A DNA stretch of 55,658 nucleotides from positions 1-55,658 of IMG/VR virus record IMGVR_UViG_3300012157_000002. One strand, 5' to 3'. Source of the DNA: a virus. Its lineage: Duplodnaviria > Caudoviricetes. The translations under genes were made by a program, and so were the position numbers. Under the pieces are notes generated by a model that saw only the letters and a program-made list of their open reading frames with translations, made no database searches and was not told the DNA's origin. This document shows, one piece after another, positions 36,887 through 45,211 of this stretch. Position 1 is the stretch's first letter; each line of letters starts with the position of its first letter.

Positions 36887-39606
36887 GCGGCGTGCGCGTT
36901 AAGACCGTTTTCATTCATCCCAGGCGGCTGAATCTTGAGGGTGACAGTGCCGCCCTTCTTCTCGGCCCAGTTCGCCATCGCCTTGTTCCACGTCATGCCG
37001 ATCAGAGCTACCTTGTCTCGGAAGCTCTCGACGCCTTCCTTCACCGCCTGGGCGACAGGCTCGACGTAATCCGGGTGCGTGACGCACTGGAGTTCGTCGT
37101 GGATGTTCATCGGGGCGACGTATAGCGGATGGACTCCGCACGGTTGCAAGTCCCAGATGCGGCGCTGAACGTGCTTGGTGATCTGACCGCCGGGACTTTG
37201 AATCTCGTGGTTGGACGCCGCACGCATGTTGGCCTGCTGGATCGCGAACGCTGATCCGTACAGGGCAGACGACACAGCACCGCCTGCCGTCTGAATCCTG
37301 TCGCGGCGAACAACCTTGACCGGGCACTTCCGCCAAGCCGGTGGCGGCTTGTTTGCAAGATCAAACAGGGCCTTGCAGATTTTGTTCTCAAGGGTGAAGT
37401 AACGACGGAAGCCGAGGAAAGTTTCGCAGTAGTCGGCTGGTTCGGCCCAGACGACTTGACGGTTCGCCATCTGACGCATCGAGCAGAAGTTCCGCAGGAT
37501 GCGATTGCGAGCCTTCTCGATGCCAGGGAACATCCGGCCCCACTGCTCGAAGGCAGCTTGAGCGACTTCCTTGGACACACCGAGGTTCTTATGGAGTGTG
37601 TCGGCGTTGCCGCCGTAGATCATCGCGAACACGCCGCTCTTCGCGAGCGTGTACATATCGAGTTCCTTGCTGCCATCTGACGCAAGGATTTCTTCGTATG
37701 TCTTGCCGGGGAACAAGGCCATGCCGAACAGACCGTGAATCTTCTTGGTCGTTAGGCCCAGGCCCTCGCAGCCGCCGCAGTCGATAAGTTGCTGTAGAAC
37801 CTTCTCAAACTGCTCATCGTCGATGATGATGAAGCGGCCCCTGCCCTCGCAGGTCTTGCACTCCAGCCCTGTCTCTTTGTTCTTGCCCTTGCCTTTGCAC
37901 GGCTTGCACGGGTCGATCTTGCCACGGCCTTCGCACTTGTGGCAGGGAACCTTCGTGACCAGGGCCTTCCGCAGTTGCGGATCGTTGTACACAGCATCGG
38001 CCAGCGTGACCTCGAACGCATCGAAGTCGCCGCCGCATAGCTCGAAGTCCACGCCCAAGTAGCAAGCCTTGACGTAATGCCAGTGCGCCTCAAGAGCTTC
38101 ATCGTCCAGACCAAGGAACGCTTCGAGGCGATCCCTGATGAGCGATAAGTCGGGTGCTGCCCAGGCCAGCGGGAAGTTCATACGAACTTCCTTGGTCTTC
38201 TTGATGCCCTGGGCGTTCAGGCCGTCGCCGCCGGACATACGGCTGGACATCGTGCCGATGACGTTGAAGCTGGCGTGGAACTTGCAGGCCCGGATCAGCT
38301 TCTCGTAAAGCTCGATCTCTTTGACGGCGTGCTTCACGTCCAGCAACTCACGGGCGCGGGCGGCGGCCGGGTGCTTGCCCGGCTTCAGCTTGCCTGCCCC
38401 ACTGCAACGCTTGCAGACGGTGGGGTCGCCGGCAAAGCAGGCGGTGCATTCCTCTTCCTCTTCGATGATCCAGTTGACGATCGCTTCTAGCTTGGCCTTC
38501 TTGGTCGTGTCCTCAATGAACATCGCCTCGGTATCATCCATGACTTCCGTGAGGTAGGCCCGGACTTCCTGCGGCCGAGTGACTCGCACCGGTGCATTGG
38601 CGACGACTTGCCGTGCTGCTTCGCAGAGGGCCTGCATACCGGTTACGTCGATCTTGAAACCTCGCCAACGCACGATCGGGACCATCGTGGCCAGAATGGA
38701 GTCGTCGTCTCCCGGCACTGGGCATTTGAAGTGCTTGTAAAGCTCGCGAGTGTAGAGGATGTCGTCAGAGGCGTACTCACGCGCCGGCTCGTTATCGGCC
38801 CAGTGGTCGATGTGCGTCTTGATCTTGGCAGGCCAAGCGTGGCCCTTCAGCTTGTACTTGCCGTCCTCTTCTTCGTACACGGCCCAGTCCTGATCTGGTG
38901 TGCTCACGGAGAGAGCCGTTGGCGCATAGCCGAACTCGACCGGGCGCGAGTCCTTCGGAGGCTCGACATCGGTGAAGTGGAACTTTGGCTTGTATCCCAG
39001 GGCGTACTCAGCGAGGAACTTCAGGCCGCCGGCCGGATTGAACTTGAGGCACACGTCCTTGAAGTCCGGGTCCAGTTCGCCGTGCTTGAAGATGTCGTAA
39101 ACCCTCCACTTCGGCGCATCAGGATCAGCGGAACGGGCGAAGAAGATGCCGTCGATCTCGACGCGCTGCTCAAGCTCTTCGGCGAGCACGTAGGCGAGGG
39201 CGGTGGGCACCCGACGAATGCGGATGTCCTCACGAGCCATGAGAGACTGGAACTCGTTCTTACGCGAGTGCAGCAGAAGGTCGCACGCAGAGAAGGGCTT
39301 GATGCACGGACCGTCTTGGCCCAGGGGTTCAAGCAGTGCGATTTGTTCGATGTGCTCTTCGGGAATCCAGTCCCGAGGCAGGAGCCGCCAGATAGTGTAG
39401 ATTTTGGCGACGTGAAACCAGTCGAAGGCGAGGTTGAAGCCCACGACTGTCTTAGACGCTATCCATTCAAGAAGATCGAGCGTCTTACCGACTGGTTCCT
39501 TCCAGATGTTGTACAGAACGATCGGCCCATCGTCCTCCGCGTATTGCAGGAGGACCATCATGCTGTGCAGGCCGCACGTCTCAGAGTCGAGGAACAGAAG
39601 ATTCAT
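36883..39606 (-). CDS. polA: DNA polymerase family A with 3'-5' exonuclease and Zn-finger insertions
   Basis: LDSETCG, GFNLAFD, YA..D; T.SSRMS, NAQ, motif A DFDAFE, motif B AKSGVFAMIYGG, motif C IHDEL. Confidence 0.93.
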   Translation of the reverse strand: MNLLFLDSETCGLHSMMVLLQYAEDDGPIVLYNIWKEPVGKTLDLLEWIASKTVVGFNLAFDWFHVAKIYTIWRLLPRDWIPEEHIEQIALLEPLGQDGPCIKPFSACDLLLHSRKNEFQSLMAREDIRIRRVPTALAYVLAEELEQRVEIDGIFFARSADPDAPKWRVYDIFKHGELDPDFKDVCLKFNPAGGLKFLAEYALGYKPKFHFTDVEPPKDSRPVEFGYAPTALSVSTPDQDWAVYEEEDGKYKLKGHAWPAKIKTHIDHWADNEPAREYASDDILYTRELYKHFKCPVPGDDDSILATMVPIVRWRGFKIDVTGMQALCEAARQVVANAPVRVTRPQEVRAYLTEVMDDTEAMFIEDTTKKAKLEAIVNWIIEEEEECTACFAGDPTVCKRCSGAGKLKPGKHPAAARARELLDVKHAVKEIELYEKLIRACKFHASFNVIGTMSSRMSGGDGLNAQGIKKTKEVRMNFPLAWAAPDLSLIRDRLEAFLGLDDEALEAHWHYVKACYLGVDFELCGGDFDAFEVTLADAVYNDPQLRKALVTKVPCHKCEGRGKIDPCKPCKGKGKNKETGLECKTCEGRGRFIIIDDEQFEKVLQQLIDCGGCEGLGLTTKKIHGLFGMALFPGKTYEEILASDGSKELDMYTLAKSGVFAMIYGGNADTLHKNLGVSKEVAQAAFEQWGRMFPGIEKARNRILRNFCSMRQMANRQVVWAEPADYCETFLGFRRYFTLENKICKALFDLANKPPPAWRKCPVKVVRRDRIQTAGGAVSSALYGSAFAIQQANMRAASNHEIQSPGGQITKHVQRRIWDLQPCGVHPLYVAPMNIHDELQCVTHPDYVEPVAQAVKEGVESFRDKVALIGMTWNKAMANWAEKKGGTVTLKIQPPGMNENGLNAHAA

Positions 39607-40275
39607 TTACAGGTAGGCATCCACGATGTCGTAGCGTGTTCCGTAGTGAGCCATTTGCATCTCGATGCAGCGGCAACATCCGCCACACATCTCGCTCGTC
39701 GCACCCGACCGGGAGCCGCAGCACATCTCGTCTTCGCTGTACTCCATCTCGTTAAGGACTTTGCCGTCGTCATCGAGCATCCTCAGCAGCGTCACCTTGC
39801 GACGGCAGAGCCGGCGGATACCGGCGACCAGAAGGCCGACGACGAGTATCACCGCGACCAGGATCACTGGGCCGAAGAGAATGATGAGAGCGTGCTTTGC
39901 GCCCAGTGTTGTGTCAGGCATCGAGCACCTGTGGGACGGCCTTGGTGCCATCCGGGTTTATGTAAGGCGTCAACCAGCCCCGCTGTGCTCTGGTCCAAGA
40001 CCCACGCAGACTGTCGTGCCAACGCTCTCGGCCGCCCATGCTGATCTCGTCGAACATCTGCGTGTACTCGACGCCGGCTTCGTCCTTAGCAATCCAGTAG
40101 CCATCCGGGTAAGTCTTGCCCGTGTAGCCACCCACAGTGGCGCGAGTTTCCACAACGGTCACGATGACCTTGCGGCGCACGACCTGGGCCTCGTGCTTGC
40201 GACCCATCTGATCTTCGTAGTCGTCCCGGACGTACTCGGACTGCCAAAGCTCGAAGCGTTGTCCGATTGGGTTGT

Positions 40276-40506
40276 TCATTTGCAGTAGCGTTCAAGGATG
40301 GCGATCAACGCCGTGCAGAGGCCCGCCATCAACAGGCAGAAACCCATGAAGGCGAGGAAGATCGCGACGGGCAGCCACATCGGCGACAAGACCCAGAGCC
40401 ACGACCAGTTGATGTAGCCGGTGAGCTTCAGACCGATGAAGAGGATGGTGAGCAGGCCGCCGAAGCCGATGCCACCGCTCACTTGGATTGACTTCTTCTC
40501 CGACAT
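40276..40506 (-). CDS. small phage membrane protein
   Basis: GIGFGGLLTILFIGLKLTGYINWSWLWVLSP. Confidence 0.8.
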   Translation of the reverse strand: MSEKKSIQVSGGIGFGGLLTILFIGLKLTGYINWSWLWVLSPMWLPVAIFLAFMGFCLLMAGLCTALIAILERYCK

Positions 40507-40527
40507 GCTTTCCTCGTTGTGTAAGAA

Positions 40528-40651
40528 GGTGCCTTCGCCGTGCGTCTTCCCCGCAGTCACGCGGGCAGGTATCTCTCTAGGCTGACAAGGCCACCCCAGT
40601 CACCAGACGACACGATCTATGGGTTCAGCCTGACTTGGCAGGCACGGCACC
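40528..40651 (-). ncRNA. candidate structured RNA downstream of tRNA-Asn, unassigned
   Basis: stems GCCGUGC/GCACGGC, AGGCUGA/UCAGCCU, CCCGC/GCGGG, alternative GGUGCC/GGCACC. Confidence 0.5.
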
Positions 40652-40655
40652 AAAG

Positions 40656-40727
40656 CTGCATCGCCAGGGGTCGAACCTGGGACCACCCGATTAACAGTCG
40701 GGCGCTCTACCTCTGAGCTACGATGCA
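40656..40727 (-). tRNA. tRNA-Asn(GTT)
   Basis: canonical cloverleaf UGCAUCG/CGAUGCA-G, CCCGA-CUGUUAA-UCGGG. Confidence 0.95.
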
Positions 40728-41062
40728 ATCTCGTAAGACCAGCCGTCGCCTGAGATGTTGATCGACTGAACGGGTTCAGCAATCAGGATTACGTCGGCGA
40801 AACGGATGGAGAACATCCAACCCTTGATGAGCTTGCCCTTCTCGAATAGGGGCGGGCCAGACTTCGGCTCCGTGGATTCGATAAACTGGCCAAGGCAGGG
40901 TTTGGTTCGATGACAGAATCTCGGATCGGTGCTCGTCACTTCGATCAGCAGGCCCGCCGGGTTGTTCAACTTGAAGTCCCAGATGCCTATCGTTGTTTCG
41001 AGAAGAATGCGAGTGCCGGCCTTCTGGCGCAACAGATCAACGTGGGGCGGCAGGGTCTTCAT
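40718..41062 (-). CDS. hypothetical protein
   Basis: ORF; last 10 nt overlap the 5' end of tRNA-Asn. Confidence 0.65.
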   Translation of the reverse strand: MKTLPPHVDLLRQKAGTRILLETTIGIWDFKLNNPAGLLIEVTSTDPRFCHRTKPCLGQFIESTEPKSGPPLFEKGKLIKGWMFSIRFADVILIAEPVQSINISGDGWSYEIAS

Positions 41063-41972
41063 AAGTCCGTTCTTCTACACCGACGTTGCGATAGTGGTGC
41101 GCGCGTTTCTTGATGTCTTCCAACAATTCGTCAGTCGTGATGTAACCCGCACACCACGCGCCGACGCGGGGAGCCAGACCGATGATGGAGGCGTCCAGCA
41201 GCCTGACCATAATCTTCATAATCTCGGCCTTGCTGCGGCTGCTCTTCGTGTACTTGCGGCGCAGGTGCTCGGGCAACTTGTCGTGTCGGATCGACAGCTT
41301 GCCGTTGCGACTCTTGACGCTGGCCTTGACTATCGCCTCGGCCAGGGTGAGTCGTTCATCCTGCGTCTTGCAACGCCAGAGATTGTCTATGTAGTGCTTC
41401 GGCAGACGCCCCGAGGCCAGCATCTGCTGGACCTTCTCAGGGAACTCCAGGAGTCGCAGGCGAGCCTCGACCCATCGGGCTGACTTCTTCATTTCCTTTC
41501 CGGCCCCACGCAGCGACGTGTCGCTGTCCTGGGTGCCCAAGATCGGGTAGAGCTTGCGGATGACCTGGGCCTCTTCGATGATGTTGAGGTCCGCTCGCTC
41601 CAGGTTCTCCGTGAAGTTGATGATCTGTGCCTGACGCTCCGTTAGGTTCGCGCGGATCATGGCTGGGATCGTCGTCCACTTCAGGAACTTGAACGCCCTG
41701 AACCGGCGATGGCCGGCGACGATCCTCCAGCCGTATCCGCCTGTTTCGAGCCAGCCCCGTAAAACGGCGTCCTGAACGTCAGAAACGGGCTGGACGATGA
41801 TCGGGAACTGAAGGCCGTCCTCTTCGAGCGTTTGTGACAAGCTCTGGACGCTCTGTGGGCTGATCGGCCCACGGCAGTTGAACTCTTCATCGTAGTACAG
41901 TTCATCGAGAGGCAAGTCGAAGACAGCGTACTTCTCGTTCCTCTTCAGCGGTGTGCGTGTGCGTTTCTTCAT
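41037..41972 (-). CDS. ParB/Srx-like domain protein
   Basis: GLQFPIIV, IVAGHRRFRA, ENLERADLN..EEA, HTH. Confidence 0.88.
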   Translation of the reverse strand: MKKRTRTPLKRNEKYAVFDLPLDELYYDEEFNCRGPISPQSVQSLSQTLEEDGLQFPIIVQPVSDVQDAVLRGWLETGGYGWRIVAGHRRFRAFKFLKWTTIPAMIRANLTERQAQIINFTENLERADLNIIEEAQVIRKLYPILGTQDSDTSLRGAGKEMKKSARWVEARLRLLEFPEKVQQMLASGRLPKHYIDNLWRCKTQDERLTLAEAIVKASVKSRNGKLSIRHDKLPEHLRRKYTKSSRSKAEIMKIMVRLLDASIIGLAPRVGAWCAGYITTDELLEDIKKRAHHYRNVGVEERTYEDPAAPR

Positions 41973-42607
41973 GCGGTCCATTTTGCAAGAGAGACTACGT
42001 TTACGGCGGGCCACTTGTGCCAGCATGGGTTGACGCGGGTGCTGGGATACCACCAGTCATCGCCGTACAACTTAATGATGTTGTCAATCTGTTCGATGAC
42101 TTCTCGAAGGGTGTCCGACTTGCGGTTCCATTCCCCTTCGACGTAGATGTGGTACTCACTCCCGTCGATCGCAACTTCTATCGGCGAGTTGGGGAAGAGC
42201 TTGTCGGACAGTTCAGCGATTGACCTTGGAGACTTGCGGGCCGTTTTCATTAGGGATTCCGAGGCTGTTGAAGGCGATCACACGCATGTCGTCCAGGTGT
42301 CGCTGTGTCGCCGCCAGCGATCCCGCACTGCCAGTGCCTTCGGTTGGCCGGAGGCCGCACTGCCAGAGTTGGTCCATCAGGTTTTGAGCAGTTGCAGTTC
42401 GGAGTGAGAGGGCGGGAGGTACGAAGTCAGCGGAATCCCGGTCGCGGACCTTCATCACGAGCGGCTCGGCGAGACTGATGACTCGGCCGCCGAGACCGTG
42501 GTAGTGGATTACACGCAGGTCGATCTTCTGCGAGTCCCAGCGGTACTCAGCGTGGAACCGTAGATCGTCAGCGTGGAAGTCTGGGGGATAGACGGGAGGG
42601 AAGAAGC

Positions 42608-43135
42608 TCATTTCACTCGGTATCCGTAGGTCTTGAAGTCGGGGAGGATTTCGTCAATGTGCCAGATGTCACCGGTCGAGTAGTAAGACCGCCAGTGCTT
42701 CTTGTCCTTGGTTTTGCCGATGACTGGAAGTTCCACGGGCGGGGCGTCACGGGCTTCCAGGATGTCGTTGAGTTGCGTTTGGAGAAGCTCGAACTTTAGA
42801 GTCCGGTCCATCACGGCGGCGTGCATGAACAGTGTTGGCTCGGCAGGTTCCAGGTGCGCTCGGAGGAACTCTCTGAAGCCCCTTTTATGCCAGCCCGTTA
42901 AGTGATGGTACTTCGTGACTAGATAGTCACCGGGATGGCGAACGATCGAGAACTTGAAGAGTGGCTCGTGTGGCCGAACCATATCCAGTTCGTACAATCG
43001 TCTAAGCGGCTCGTGGACCCAGCAGTCGAGCACCACGGAGCCTTCGTGCTGAGCCAGGGCGATGCCAACGGCCCGTGAGGCACAGTACGGCTCGGCCAGG
43101 AACAGGTAGCCGTACTTCCGATTAACAATTGCCAT
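42608..43135 (-). CDS. sulfotransferase family 2-like protein (degenerate)
   Basis: FSIVRHP, KFE.L, HWRSYY, DF..YGY. Confidence 0.6.
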   Translation of the reverse strand: MAIVNRKYGYLFLAEPYCASRAVGIALAQHEGSVVLDCWVHEPLRRLYELDMVRPHEPLFKFSIVRHPGDYLVTKYHHLTGWHKRGFREFLRAHLEPAEPTLFMHAAVMDRTLKFELLQTQLNDILEARDAPPVELPVIGKTKDKKHWRSYYSTGDIWHIDEILPDFKTYGYRVK

Positions 43136-43384
43136 AGTTCCACTTCTGGGTCTCAGGGTGCTGCGAGAAGTCGTACCACTCGTTGAGCTTCTCCCGGATC
43201 GCATCCAGGCTGTCGGCCGTTAGATAACCCGTAGAGACGCCAAGTTCGACAAGCCCGTCGATCAAGCTGATCTCCGTTCGACGGAGAATCGCGATGAGAC
43301 GTTGAAGCTCGGTGCCACGTAGGCCGGCGACCCGAAAGTTATCCCGGTAGTCGGCCACCCTCTCGAATCCTTTGTCGCGCTTCT

Positions 43385-44677
43385 TCATAGTTCGATCTTG
43401 TAGCGGCGTGGTCCTTTGGCCTCGTCTTGCGAGCGGAGATGCACGTTCATCCGCCATGTAATGCCGTGCTTGGGGTTGACGCCGTGGATCAACTGGCTCG
43501 GCTCGCGGAAGCCGACGAACCGGTTGTAGGAATAGCTATCGGTGCCCGGCCAAGCTCCGTTCAACACAAGCTCGCCGTCGATGTCCGCGAGGGCACCTTG
43601 AACGTGGTGATGGCCCATGCAGAAGTAGCGAATGCGTTGGCCACCGGCCATCGAGTTCAGGGCGATCAGGCCCTTCTGCCGGCGGACCATCCCGTAGAAC
43701 GGGATGCCCAGGCTGCCTTGCACGTCGTCGCCGTGGCTCAGGTTGAACCCAACACCGTTGATGTTGATGTTCACACTGAAGGCGTTCGGGATCAGGAACG
43801 AGACGTTGGGCACGTCCTGCAAGTGCAGTCGAGCAATCTCGGCCACCAAGTAATCCCAGTTGTCGTGCGCACCGTGGTAGTCCTTCTTGGTGGAGCGGCG
43901 GCCGTGGTTGCCCGGCAGGTACACGACGTTGATCTGGTCGAAGTGCGGGGCCAGGTCGCGGTACATCAGGGCGTGCAACTGCCCGATGGCGAACGTGTTC
44001 TTGAACTGATTGCGGAAGTAGCTCCGGGCGACGTGCCCGTGAATCTCGCCAGAGGTATGATCCCCGTAAGCGAGCACGGTCAGGCACTTGAAGTTGAACC
44101 GAGGGCTGAGCGTTTCCTGGGTCCAGTCGATCAGCGTGTCAACGTAGTTCTCGGCACGCCGACATGAGATAGGGAAGTTGTATTCTTCCAAGCCACCCGA
44201 CTCTTCGCGGGTCACGATCTGGTCGTGGTGCCCGTCGCTCAGGTGCATAACCACATGCTCTTCGATCGTGTCCTTGCGGGACGCGAACTCACGCGACTGC
44301 GGCAGGGCCTTGAAGGGCTGGACTCGCCCCTCCATTTCCTTGACCACGGCCTTGAAGATGCCGTGCTGCTTGCTGGTCAGTCGCGCAGACTTCCGTGCGT
44401 GATCCCGCTCTTCGCGGAGATGCAAAACCTCAGATTCGAGTTCCTGGATTCGCTCGTTGGTCGGATCGTGGCCGGGGACGTTCTTGCGCTGTCCACCGGC
44501 CCGCTTCACGGGCGGTTCGCCGTCCGGCCACGGCACCTTCTTGTGACTGCGCTCCGTGGCGATGTCCGAGACGGCCGAGCGGCTGATCCGGTGCTTCTTG
44601 GCAACCTCGGGCTGCGTCATGCGATCGGTCAAGTCGGCCTTAATGGCGGCGACCTTCTTGTCTGTCAGTTTGCTCAT
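43385..44677 (-). CDS. HTH-fused metallophosphoesterase/nuclease
   Basis: N-terminal HTH and coiled coil; LSDGH, GD, GNHGR, HGD, GHHH. Confidence 0.85.
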   Translation of the reverse strand: MSKLTDKKVAAIKADLTDRMTQPEVAKKHRISRSAVSDIATERSHKKVPWPDGEPPVKRAGGQRKNVPGHDPTNERIQELESEVLHLREERDHARKSARLTSKQHGIFKAVVKEMEGRVQPFKALPQSREFASRKDTIEEHVVMHLSDGHHDQIVTREESGGLEEYNFPISCRRAENYVDTLIDWTQETLSPRFNFKCLTVLAYGDHTSGEIHGHVARSYFRNQFKNTFAIGQLHALMYRDLAPHFDQINVVYLPGNHGRRSTKKDYHGAHDNWDYLVAEIARLHLQDVPNVSFLIPNAFSVNININGVGFNLSHGDDVQGSLGIPFYGMVRRQKGLIALNSMAGGQRIRYFCMGHHHVQGALADIDGELVLNGAWPGTDSYSYNRFVGFREPSQLIHGVNPKHGITWRMNVHLRSQDEAKGPRRYKIEL

Positions 44678-44708
44678 TTCGTTCGTATCAGTTGGTGGTT
44701 AGATTTGG

Positions 44709-45209
44709 TCAGGCGGCCTTCAAGTAAGAGACCGCATTCAACAACGCTGTAATCGAATCCTTGAAACGACCTAAACCGTGGTTGCATCCTGGACAAAGAA
44801 GACCGCGCACTTTACCGGTGCGATGGCAGTGGTCCACATGCGGTGAGCTTTTGAATGGTTCCTTGCAAATGGCACACTTGTTGTCTTGTAGTCGCAACAT
44901 AAGTAAGTGGTCGGCGTTCGATATGCCGTACCGGGACTTGAGTTGATAGCCCTTTACTCTTTTGCCATTGAGACTTCGCCAGCCTTGGAAATAGGCCAGA
45001 TACCTCTTCTTGTTTTCGGGTTTCTTCCTCCACGAGCGGGCGTAAGCATTCTTAGACGCGCGATGCACGTCGTTCTTCATCCTTTGACGCTCATACTGAC
45101 ATTTGCACTTCTTGCACTGTGCATGATGTCTTTGCTAGCGAGAATCAAAGTAGAATGCCGACACACTCTTACGGCGTCCGCACTTCGTACAAACTTTCGT
45201 CGCACGCAT
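44709..45209 (-). pseudogene. endonuclease VII-type HNH gene with an in-frame TAG at codon 25
   Basis: ATG at 45209 is in frame with the ORF at 45080; CTKC..F..*..CKKC then CAIC, HVDHCH.TGKVRGLLC..CN. Confidence 0.75.
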
Positions 45210-45211
45210 CC

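Noticed and set aside
37756-37944. intein in the polymerase
   Set aside because: No intein splice-junction (His-Asn followed by Cys/Ser/Thr) or LAGLIDADG motifs; the insert is a Zn-finger array.
45135-45137. genome-wide amber recoding
   Set aside because: Other genes end normally at TAG (for example the sigma gene at 2894 and the DNA ligase at 32940), long genes are intact in the standard code, and no CUA-anticodon tRNA was seen.
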